The notes beneath the pieces are model-generated. The model was not told the origin of the DNA. It saw only the letters and a list, made by a program, of their open reading frames with translations, and ran no database searches. A DNA stretch of 64,000 bases. Origin: Laetmonice hystrix (lineage: Eukaryota). Of this stretch, positions 12,801-25,246 are shown piece by piece. The DNA lies in NCBI GenBank assembly GCA_965235115.1, contig OZ249445.1:15004001-15068000 (forward strand), written 5' to 3'. How positions within the stretch are numbered: the stretch's first letter is position 1; each line of letters begins with the position of its first letter. The position numbers and the translations under genes were made by a program.

Positions 12801-15800
12801 ACACAGACAGTACCAACCAACGAGTACCGGGAGGGAGTAGCGGGTAAATTGATTGGGTTAGCTTACGCCAGACTACAGTGTGTGAGTCAGAACGTGTTGA
12901 GTAGCTAACCCTCTCACCTCTTTGTTTGATACGAACTCACGGACAACAGATGCGTGACTCCGCTTGGTATATTCGGCGACCTGCTGCAAACGTATCCATG
13001 CAAATCCCTTCATATGAGGGTCGTCTACAATATCTTGTAACATGTAGTTCTATACATAATATTAGTAAGAATGAATACCCATTATGTATAGCTCATTACT
13101 GGAATTACACTGACAGGTAAAGAAATAAGTTGGAGTTAACATCTTAAAGGTATATACGGGTATGCAAATTACACACTGGCATCGTGAAACAAGACAAGCA
13201 CAAACACGTGTATGGAACAAGGTACCTTTCTATTGAAGACTTTCTTCTGAAAGAAAACTACATCAAATATTGTTGTTAAACCCTTCCACCACAGAAGTGC
13301 TTTCACTTAACGGTTTAGGTGAACATACAGACATCAATTTCACCCTCCCACACATGCAATCCGTTACGGCTTGTTATTAGCGGAAAAGGCTGAAATGAAA
13401 GTGAAGTGAAAGATGAGTGTTAGTAGAGGGAGTGGATAGTTAGCTGAGGGCTGTGGGAATCCAGCATTCTTTGTATCGATACCAGGGATAGGGATCAGAG
13501 TTCTTTGTTAGGTTTCTCCTGCCACCAATCCATTCTATACATTATCTGTCTGAATGTTGCACACACCACAAAGTTAGGATACAGTCACCGAAGGAATCAA
13601 CCAGTAGAGAAACCACTTGGAGGAAGGAAGGCTATGATACAAGGTCATGATACAAACACGGACCCATGGGGGGGGGGGGCTATAGATACATTATGAAGGT
13701 CTACACGAGCCGCCACGAGTCAGGCCCACGTGTCGTCAATCAAGCTCGAGGCCAAAGCCAGCCAACAACTGGAGTCAAAAATCACAGGGCTCAGCCCTCT
13801 ATTTCTAGCCCTCTCCATCTCACTAATTTCTATATTCGAATATTCTGTTCCAACATATGACTTTGAAATAACCCCATCTACCGCAGACTCGGACTGAATT
13901 TGTACGGATCTCCTCATGTTTCATCAAAGGCCAAGAGTACCGAAACCAATTCTAAAGTTCTTGCCAATTGGGCTCCATTTTTTCTACAATGCTGACCAGC
14001 TGTAGCCTGATGATGAAGTGAGGGGAGAGTGTATCTCGTGTCAGGGGTGTGTGTGGGGCCGACCTGTGGGGGGAGTTGGACAGGGTCACCGTTCTCACCT
14101 CGGGTACAGGTGAGGGTTGGCGGTCTGGTTCTGGTGTCAGTTGGCGGACCGGCTCAGGAGACGGCTCGCTCACCGCCGCCACTCGGACCGCCTCCACGTC
14201 GGCGGTGTGACCGTTTGTCTCGGCCACCTCTACCACCTGTATGCGGTAAAAACAATTGGGAGCTGTTAGAAAGTGGAAAACACCGGTACAAGTAGAAATC
14301 GTTGATGGGTGGCACGTTAGCCGCTTCCTGTTCCACCTGGCAAACACTAGCTCAGAAGAAGTATGCTCGCTGACCATTTCGATTCTCAACCATGGTCTCC
14401 GACTTGGACATGGTACCAATACAAATTCAAAAACGCATCCAATACTCCAGCAGACGTAGACGTAGTGAGAGTGGTACTGGTACCACTTACCAATCTACCA
14501 CTTCACCAGCTGCGACAGTAAGGCACCAGGAGGCAGCAATTTCCGAAGTTTTTTACTCTCCCATTTTCAAGGATTCCTGGGCCGCATCGCTCACTTATAT
14601 CTGGACAGACTAGGTCCCTTTCATATACCAACACCTTTTTGTCCAGACTAGACAGACTAGTTTTATTTCACTTGATACCGATAACGATAACATAAACGAT
14701 ATATCAGACAGCAAACGACCTTCCAATCCAAGAAACCGGAGCGCCGGAGTAGAATCCGTTACTCCACAAATACAAGTGTCTCTCCAGATATCCATAACAG
14801 ACAACCCAACCTGCCTGTTGACACACCACTTGACACACTCAATCAGAGGTAGTAGTACCTGGTACAACATATCTCACCCACAGCTCGCTCCAACTCGAGT
14901 AGCATTCACTGCTGCCAGGTACTGACTCCCATCCAGACGACAACACTGCTCAGTCTCTTTGATACTTCCAGTTCATGGTCGGCGCCCGGTCCACCTCTCT
15001 TGTAGCAATGCCAACGCCAGGACAGGACGAATCTTATATAGGCTTCTACTCACCGTGTCCATCTACTCCCGTCAATCTTTACTAAGTGTCAAATTTCTAC
15101 CACGCCTAGTAGGCTTGATGAAATTCACGAGTATTGCTGACAGAAAAAGCCTTTGAAAACCCTATGCAGCTGGCTTTTTCTTCATGAATAACTCAAAATG
15201 ACCGGCACGATTACACAAAGAGAAATGAAGCTTTTATTTATGAAAGGCTGACTCAGTCTGACAGAAATGCACTAAAAACCTCACTGCAAATGATGCATAT
15301 AATTTTCTATGCTTAATCAAGTCTAATTCTACGAGGGGAGAGGAAGGCACAGGCACTGTAAAAACAACTTCAAACATAGACATTTTCAACACTCAGTCTT
15401 TGTGATACAATGGATACCATAAAATCATGGTTGAATCAAAAATGGTAATCAGCACTCGTCACTCGCTTGTAAATATATTGTGTGGAAAACTGGTGCTACA
15501 CTCCAAAGAACAAAGTAGCTACTGCACCATTGGTGTCCTGCTCAACAAACAGGACACAAATGTTTTCTAAAGCTATACACTAAACGACTTTCAGAACACA
15601 CCTTCTCCTGGAATCAATGGCGATTCCTGTCAGATCCTTCCACTTAACAAGTTCAAATCTGTGCCAACTAGTTGGCCTGGGGCTGCCAAAGGCCATACTA
15701 ATTACAGAGTGGTTCTTTTTTTGTTCGTACAAAGAGACAGGAATCTTTCATTATACGGTGTGCGCTGGTGAAGGTCACATAGTGTATAGCTAGGTTAGAC

Positions 15801-18800
15801 GTATAAAACACAGTTCCTCTCTCTCTCCTGCAAAACAGAAACTGAATTGAGGACAGTTTGGGGGGGGGGGGATGTCCGTAAATGATTTGTGCTTTACTTT
15901 ACGGCCAGTTTAACGAGAAGCGAACAGAACGGTGCTCGGTGGCTGACGTAACGCTTCCATGCATGGTAGCAATGATAAGAGAGTGGTTGTCAGACCAGGT
16001 GTGGAGGCTTACCAACGGGTAGAACCTCTCCTCTCCACCCGCAGGCCCTGGCGAACCGTCTCTCGTCACGTGGTCCTCCTCCCAGTCACAATGGTAACCT
16101 CTTCTGTCTCCATAGTAACCGGTAGCAACCATCACCTCTTCATCATCCTCATCCTCCTCCTGACCATAGTAGTAGTCTTCTCTGTGGTGGCGCCGACTCC
16201 TCAACTCCCCTCCGTGATACCCATAGTATTTGTCATTATACTCGCCATCCTCCCTGTATGCTCCGTCGTCTTGCCTTCGTTCGCTGTCGTAGTACCGATT
16301 ATCGTTATAATCATAGTCACCTTCTCTCGGACGAGATCTACGGCTTGCTGACATTGAGTAGGAATCCCCCTGGTAAACTTGACCCGGACTGGTCTGGCCT
16401 TGACCCCTTGGAGACCTGGCTCCAGGGTCATGCTGTCCAGGCTGTGGGCTGACTGGACTCCGGGCATGAGAGAAACCAGCACGACATGTGGCATCGTAAT
16501 CGGCCCATGTTTTCATCTTGCTTGGACCGTTGTCCGGTGACGGAGAGATATATCTCTCCCGACCACTGGCATCATACACGGCCTGGACAACGGGCGAGTG
16601 AGGCAAGGCGCCGGGACGGGTGGCGCCACGCCTTCGCTGGAAATACATACTCGGCTCACCTCGAGTCTACTTGTACCTTACTTGTAAATGACAACATTAA
16701 ACAACTACCTTACTTGTGCTAACAACTTCCATTTTCACCCCAACGTACCATCTTAATTCTTAACTTTACCTTTATTGCAGCATATTTCACTCCTTCCTTT
16801 CCGAGATTTTACTGAGTGAATTGCTGCGAAATTTATGTAAATGAATATCCAAATTACTGGAAATCTTTCCAGAGACAGTACCCTCTTGTTGTACCTAGGT
16901 AATTGACACCTAATGCTAGTAGCGGTTCTAGGACAATATCGAAAAGCTTAGCCCTGGTGACGCATTACCACAGCAAAGTAATCAACCACTGAACCATTCA
17001 CGAAAATACACTCCACAGAACAATTAGAAGAATGGGACATAGCACTTTGGTGACCTCAAACAAGGCAGCGCCAAGACGGACATTCTCACATACATGCCAC
17101 GGCGACTGAACCGAGATGACGTAACTCACTTCTCTGACAGCGCTGTCTGTCGTTAACAGGCGCTGACAGCGCTGTCTATCTTTAACAGGCGCTGACAGCG
17201 CTGTCCATATTTAACAGGCGCTTTCCAAATCACGTATGAGAAGTTTTCGGCAAGCACAAGACAGAGATAACTCTTCAACGAACCGCGACATATGACACAC
17301 CAGGAACCAAACCATCACACGACAACAAGACGGCAAGTTCAGAGTTTGACAAAAACATACACAAAACTTAGTGATTCCAATACCATTTGGAAGTAATATT
17401 CTAGCAATATAGACGACAAAAGCATGCACTAAAAATTAAAGGTCTTAAACGATTATACCAGTACATGCAACATGCTTACCGGTATATGAGGTGGGCAGCA
17501 CGATAAATTAAAAGGTCTTATTTATTTCTAACCACATAAATGATTACACTGAAACGAATTAATTCCTCCCTACCTGAGCTGCTTCCACTGCAGTCGTCAC
17601 CTGTCCATTAGTCTGGGAAACTGTAGAACAAAATAGAAACCGGGTTTTCAGGCGATTTTCCTTTATGTCAAGTTTGCCGCTCACGTTGAATATGGACCTG
17701 GTACAACATTAATACCGGGACACAACATTTTCCATATAATTCTTTAAGCTATGTAACATGTCATTCTCTTGTAATTAGCCTTAAAGTCATGATTCTGTTG
17801 GTCATAAGACATTTACATTCACGTAGTAAGTAGGTTATGTTAAAAATGTTCATCTTTATTCATAATAGAGTTGGACTTGCTTTCCCCATCTTCATCTTTA
17901 TTCCTGACATAAGCCTGATGCCTACTGTTAAATACTATTAATATATGTACATGTACATGCGTCCTATGTGATTATATACAATACGTACCAGTCCAATATC
18001 AATTAAGGATGTAAACTATATTCTGTCTACATGAAATATATACAACCTGAACATTCACGCCGTCACTTAGAGATAATTTGAACAGCAATCGCTGTATCTA
18101 TCAAACGAGCACATCAGAAAAGGCAACTTAGAGGAGTAAAAAACTCTATATGTAAATCTGGCCCCCAAAGTTCCGACCATTTCTTTGATTGCGTGCTCTC
18201 TGTGTGCGTGTAATCACAACGTCATACGTATGTAACGGTCAGCTGTTTAGGACCATGAAGAGACAGCTTACCTGAACACATATACAATCTATGCAGATTA
18301 ATGCTTCGTGAACAGACATGCTTATATACTCAAACAAACCATACATGCAGGGTGAGCGACCGCTTTTATCCAGCAGCAAGTCTTGGAAGAATGTCCGACA
18401 TACATGTACCAGAGCCTTAGGGGAAGTCAGGAACCGTGTAGATACCATACATACCGTACTTTACCGGCTAGCACCAAATGATCCTCCGTCGAAGAATTTG
18501 GTTTTCATTGGTCCAATTAAAGAAGGTGTTTGAGAGAAATAAATCATAGTATATAGATGAGAGTGACTATAGGGCTGTGGCACTGCATGTCATGAATTCT
18601 CCAAGATAACAATCATAGATACCAATGTGAATGAGCCCTGACAGGCTGATATCATGCATCAATCTGCAGACATGGTGAAACATCTGCAGTAATTCTCAGT
18701 CATTCTGTATGTACTGTCAATCATTGTAAAACACCTATACATCATTCTATACACATCATTCGGAATACTACATCTGAGTACATAAAGGCACAATGTTTAC

Positions 18801-21800
18801 GAAAGCAAAATAAGACAAGCATTAATCGCAAATAACCGCCAACAGTTAAAGTTGTAGGAGAAAAGGTTTTCACAGGATACTTCCACAGGCTAAGCACACA
18901 TACTGGCAGTTTACAAAACGTTTTAGACTGCGTACAAAAATTAGCTAAAATTAGCTAAGATACACGGAAAAAATCGTTATTATAGGAAAAAGAAATTCTA
19001 TACCGACTACACTTGGACTGACCCAATGCTGATTGATAGAAATATATAAACACTATGAATGAGACTTTGTCCCCGGTGGACTACACAGGCTGAGAACCTA
19101 CAACCCAAGCGTGGGGGCTGTGTCCAGTGATGGGAACCGGCATTTCCTTCACAACACCATGTGGAATATGGAACGCACTGAACAATGTATTCCCGATCTC
19201 TGGTAAACTCCTTAGATAATTTAGTAATATATCCACAGCCTGATCAGACCCTGGCATTTAAATAAGACCATCTCTTAAATAGAAAGTGGTAATTGTAGAA
19301 CTCTGTTTTTCATGATGTTCCTGTAGAAAAGACTCCCTTGTGACACCACGACCCGGCAGTTTCTATGTGTCACCCCACCAAGTGTGAGGGTGGGGAGGGC
19401 CAAATTTGAATTGACCACCGAGGACTTCATTGTCTAGTTTCCCTAAGAATTAGATCTTCGCTAACCCCATTTCTAATACGAACAAAATATCTATCAAAAT
19501 CCAAAGCAAATCCAAATGCCTTCGCCATAACAATGGCCTTCACTACTTTGGGTTGATCCACTGACTATTGCAGGGATAACGCTCTAAAAACCAAGTACTG
19601 CTATGAAGAGGAGCACCAGACATTAAACAGGACAGGAGCTTTACACAGGCTGTTGATAGCTTTGTGTCTGCTATAGTCATCTCTGGGACAAGCCAGTGCT
19701 CCACAAAGTAATGTTATCGCAAACATAACTCTCTCCAATCTCGTTATCCTCCCCATCTGACTTCTTGATGTCAATGCTCAGGGAAAGGAGTTCCAAATAT
19801 TTCTTGTAAATGATAGATTTTTCTGAAATAAAAAAAAAAAATCTCCTGCACTGCGACAGGGTAGATAGGTAGGTTAATCAGCCTACTAAGGTCGTTTCCT
19901 ATACAGCTCTATCAAATACGCAAAAAAAAGAAAGAAACAAAAAGACGTCTGTGAATGAATCCACATCATGTGTTTTCTGTATCTTCACATCCATGTGCTT
20001 TATACACCATTTTGTTTTCATGCACTTTGAAAAGAAACCATAACGTTCATGCAGGCTGGCGTCGAGAAGGCGAGGTCGGCCGTGCCTGCCGCCATCAGCC
20101 AGGTGAGTTCAGACAGTGAAGCTTCAACCAGTCACAGAGAGATATCCCACATCAGCTACCATTTATTTTAAGGTGGTAAGTTACTACTACTGGTTATATA
20201 AAGCAGAAATATTATTTGGAGAAAAAAATTGAGCCTCCTTTTCCCTGGGAGTTATGATGTTATACCGGTTCCATGCCTAGAGGGCTGTGACGGTCTTACC
20301 TCTGGGTTCCTCGGGTGGACAGGCCAAATGGACAACACTGGGCATGGATGCATTGGGCCAAATCCCTCGCTCCACATAATAACTGTTTGCAACTTCATCC
20401 ACCACCAAGAGTCGTACTTGGTTCGGGTCGCCAGTGATCCTGTTAACCACAGTGCGATGTTCCTCTCCTTCCACGCTGACGTCATTCACCTCGATAACCC
20501 GGTCTCCCTTCATCAGCCCGGCCAGGTCGGCGGGTGTCCTCGGCTCAACCCGGCCCACAAAGTTCCCCGTCTTGGTCTTGTCGTCATGGAGACGGAACCC
20601 GTAACCTGTGTACGTCGGCCATTTACGCAGGTGACAGAGTCGGATCTGAGGTTCTTGCCCTGTTGTCTGCGGCGGTGCCTGCTCCAGAGTGTCGATGCGC
20701 TCCACGACTGATGGCAATAGTATTTACAAGTCAGAGGGTGAGGTCTTGACCGTGAACTCAATATAACCAACTCTAACTACTCCCATCTCTGTCATCATCT
20801 ACATATGAAGACAGCCCAAAGGTCATAATGTCAATCATCAACCGGCCACAAGGGATTACTGTAATACAATGTATATGTGAAGCATTCCCTTGTTCAGTTG
20901 ATATGTGAGATGCGTAACGCCTAAAGAAGATTGACATGGGTAAAACATGATAATATAAATTATTCAATTATGTTTCCAGTGGTCAGAAATATTCTTGTCG
21001 GTTTTCCTATTAATGGATCTCCATGAACATATACATGAATATACACAAATATCATTAAATTAGCTGTTTCATGGATTAGTTATTTCATGTTTGTATGGGA
21101 AAGGGCAGTTATGGTTTTGATGGTATATTTAAATTCTACAAGGCTATACCTATACTCATCTAAATAAGCAAGCTACAATTAGTGTCAATGGTCTACCTAT
21201 AAACGGAAATGGAAACTACACCCAAAAAATATTCAATTGTCCTTTGATGCTATGAACTCTTGGTGGAATACACACTACATTTGTTTATAGTTCAAACCTG
21301 TTTTTTTTCTTGCAATCATGTGTTTCATTAAGAAATTTTAACTACTGAAAATAGTGATACAGCCCCCCCCCCCCCCCCCGCTTGAGGACGCCTGGGGCGC
21401 AAACTATCTGACTTGGATACTATATGTTAGCTTTAATGTAAAACTGCTAATGATTCAGTAACTGAAGTAGACCTACATGTAATTCAGTTGACAACATGAT
21501 TCATATAAATTGACTTGTTATATGAAAGGTGACAGTCAATACCCCTAAATACTTGCGAAGTCCTCCATATGAATTTCCTTTCTTCTTATCAAAGAAATAT
21601 TATTGTGTTGAACAAGTCGCTCACTCCCTACCTGACTAACCTCGCTTTTGTCTATATTGTGTAACCTACAGTGACCTAGCTTTCTTTTATCAAAAGTCAG
21701 TGCCGTCCAGTGACGTACAATCTCTATATCATGCCATATCATTAGAAAACAACGCTTTTTCTTCAATGGCAGTTACCAAGCAGCGTTCCCAACAAAATTA

Positions 21801-24800
21801 AAAAAAAGGCAAATGAATCAAGAAGTGACCGTCAAATTTATGTTCATAAAGGAAAAAAAACTGCCTTCCAAATGACGCCTGTATATCGGCATACCCGACC
21901 ACAATCCCTTCAATCTGTGTTATGCTGTGCATATTGATACCAGATATCAAGGCAGTACCCCAATACGTGAACGTGTCCTAGAACCTGAATCTGACCGAAA
22001 TCTCATAAACCAATGAAAGGTGTGCAGACGTTGTTAAAGCTCAGCAACCTTTGGACCCCTCTACACTAGTACTCCCGTAACCTCGTGTTATCAGCCACAA
22101 ATTGACTGCCTTAATTAACAAAGCCGTCCACAAAAATCAATGGTGTTAGACCTCACCACCAGCGGATAAGTTCCTGCAACAAACACAGGGTGGCGCTACC
22201 GATCTTTGAGTGATCCATGCTCGGCGGTGACGTGGTTCAAGGTAGGCCTAAACGTTTTGCAGTGGTTCCTGAGGCGAACAGTTAGTGGCAGTGGTGCGTT
22301 TCGCTCCGTCCGCCGCCAGGGGTCAGTGCGAGGCGGTATCTACAGGTTAGATCCCATCATCCAACTATGGATAGTAGTAGTACCTCCTCCATGATCCTTA
22401 CCTTCTCGGCGGTCGGGTGACGTCAGGTGGACGATGCCGTCAAGGCGCGAGTGCGGCCAGATCTGGTCGTACAAGTACTTGTTGACGACATCAGGGGGCG
22501 CCACCAGCATCTCGACATCGTCCTGGCGTGAAGTGATGCGCTGGATGACGGCGCTGTGGTCGTCGTTACGGATGCTCATACCGTTTACCTCAAAGATTTG
22601 ATCCCCGACCTCCAGGCCAGCCGCTTCAGCTGGGTAGCCTTCCTCTATGTTTCCAACAAAGTGACCTGGCTTTCCCTGTTCTTCATGAAGATTGAAGCCA
22701 TAGCCATCACAATCGTGCCACTTCCTGACAGTTATCAGTCTCAGTGTACGCGCAGGTTCGTGTAGGCCGTTAGTCTTCACCTCCACGGCTACAGGTACAG
22801 ATTGGCATCTCATTAGATTCCCTTTCTCTCTCTTTGGGGCCTGACTGGTGTAATTCTAGACCGTAAACTTTGTCTACGGATAACCGACAATTATCAGGTT
22901 TTTTCGATACCTATTCATCTCTACCCACCACCATGTATTAGTTCCCCCGCCTGGAGGTCGTGGTCATTGAAGGACAATTGTTATGTTGTCATGGAAACTC
23001 TGTCTGTAGAATCTATCTAATGGAGATTTAAAACATATCTTTTACACCAATTATATTGTGAAATATTAGGAGCAATACCTCCTTGCAGAAGATACACCAA
23101 TCTCCGCAAACAAACCATGTATGTATTTTTCTAATATATCCTTGATAGTGTGCAATTCATGTACTATTTTTATGAATCGAGTTGGTACACAAATGGCACA
23201 ATATGAATATCATATCAGTAATTAGGACACGACCCTTTTAAACGAGTAAGATTCTGAGAGACACTCAAGGCAAACGGAGACAGGAATGTTGCGCCTATTA
23301 CCTACATATGGCAGACGTACACCAAACATGCATGAGTGATTGAGTATGAAAGACCACGCCTGTGGGTGACGAGTGACGTGACAAGTTGTTTATACTGTGG
23401 TACTATGAGATTAATAATACGGTGTAGTAGAGCCAGGAGATGGCTGCCACTGGCAGCGGTCTCGGTGTTAACACTCAAACCTACTAGCAGTAGAAGTAGG
23501 AGCAGCAGCAGGCGCGGCGGCCCAGGGTTAGTTGGAGTTTCAAACGGTGCATGTCGGCGCCGACGCTTACCTTGGACAGGAGCGTCCCGTTCTGGGCAGT
23601 CAAGCACTGTGATGTTGGGCAGGTCACAATGTGGCCACATCCCCCGGGACCTGTAGAATTGGTCGGCGTCAGTGTCCGCCACCAACAGTTCAACCTTGTT
23701 GTCCTCCGACTTGACCTTCTTGATCACCTCATAGTGGTCGTCACCGAACACGCTGTGACCGCCTACCTCAATGATCTTATCCCCGACTCGTAGGCCTGCT
23801 GCCTCGGCCGGCGAGTCGGCATCTACGTTGCCCACATAGTGCCCTGGTTTGCCCTTTTCATCGTGCAGGTTGAATCCATAGCCGTCGAAGAACTTCCACT
23901 TTCTGAGGCGACAAAGTCGCAGCATTGGGGCTTGGTCTTCCTCTACGACAGGTTTTGGGACTTCTGAAGCAACCGCTACGACAGTCGCTGCTTCCATATG
24001 GTTAGCTGTTTAAAAATCCCAGGTTGTTTTACCAAAACAATCCCGTTGAACATATATTTGTTAGCCCGATCTATCAAGTCGTCATATTCTTTTATATAAT
24101 GTAAGTACAAGTCTGCTGGGACTGGACATATGAAACTATGAGAAGAATTATTTACCTTCTTGAACAAGAACAAAAAACTCAAACTTGAGAACCTATCTCG
24201 TCTTAAACTTACAATATCTACATAACAAATTACAATAAATACTATCATGATTCGACATAAATGTACCCTAAAGCAAAGAACTTATAATCACGTCATCTCC
24301 ACACACTGCTTTAGACTAATAATGAGGAACTCGTGGTACCTCAGATATTAGTTGTAGTTAATGAAGGCGTTAACTGTTTGCCCTGAACCACTCACGGTCA
24401 TCAGTTAAACCCATGTTATCACTATAACTAAGAGAAAATCTCATTATTATATTAGACATAGCGAATGCCAGGATGGCAATCGTATGATCTGGTCATTATT
24501 GACTGAGGACTACGTTAGCACTACTATACTATGCTATAGTCAATTAAACACTAAGACTACTTCCACACGTTACAAAACGAGTACATAACACACATACCTA
24601 AACAAAGCTTCACGAAATGTTACAAGCAATTTGAAAAGTTAAAGCCATCACTACAGTAGGACAAACGGTATGCACAAAATAATTTATTGTTTGATTATAT
24701 GGGACTTAACTTCTAATACATGCTGTTTGTTACGTTTATACCTTCTACGCAAACTAGCAACTAGTAGGTTAAATTAAAACTACAAATCAAAGGTTGTTAA

Positions 24801-25215
24801 GTTCTTCCTTATTGCTTTTAAACCACAGTTTGAAGCAATAAGCAAAGGAACCCCAGGTCTTCCTAACCCACATAACGCAGATGCCATGAGGTTTTTTTGA
24901 TATACCAGATACCTTGAAACGAAATGCTCAATTTATCTATGAGCACTATGTTGAGAAACTTTGTCATCAACTTAGAAATTTTTGGCATGAACGAAAAAAA
25001 TGTGTGAAATGAAAGCAGACGAAAGTTGATGACCGAACAACTAAATGTTGTGTCCGTCTCCATGACGACAGATTCCCGGATGATGACCGCTGACGTTTTA
25101 CTACGTCTGACGTCATCCACCAATGGTGGTGGCCGGTTGGTGGTGTTAGTATTAGGTGTGTTAGTCTGACGGAGTGTGTTCAGTACGGGTTAAATCAATG
25201 GGTGGGGGTGGGGGT

Positions 25216-25246
<31 letters not shown>

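Noticed and set aside
14480-15062. 19-nt exon-like unit near 14490-14510 and MDT|gtgagt at 15062-15054 as a start for a PDZ-less isoform
   Set aside because: The 19-nt unit has a stop or phase mismatch; the 9-nt MDT start is in phase but too short to distinguish from chance
18270-18290. Second phase 1-0 mini-exon candidate ((D)CICVQ|gtaagc)
   Set aside because: Weak acceptor and an atypical peptide; likely chance
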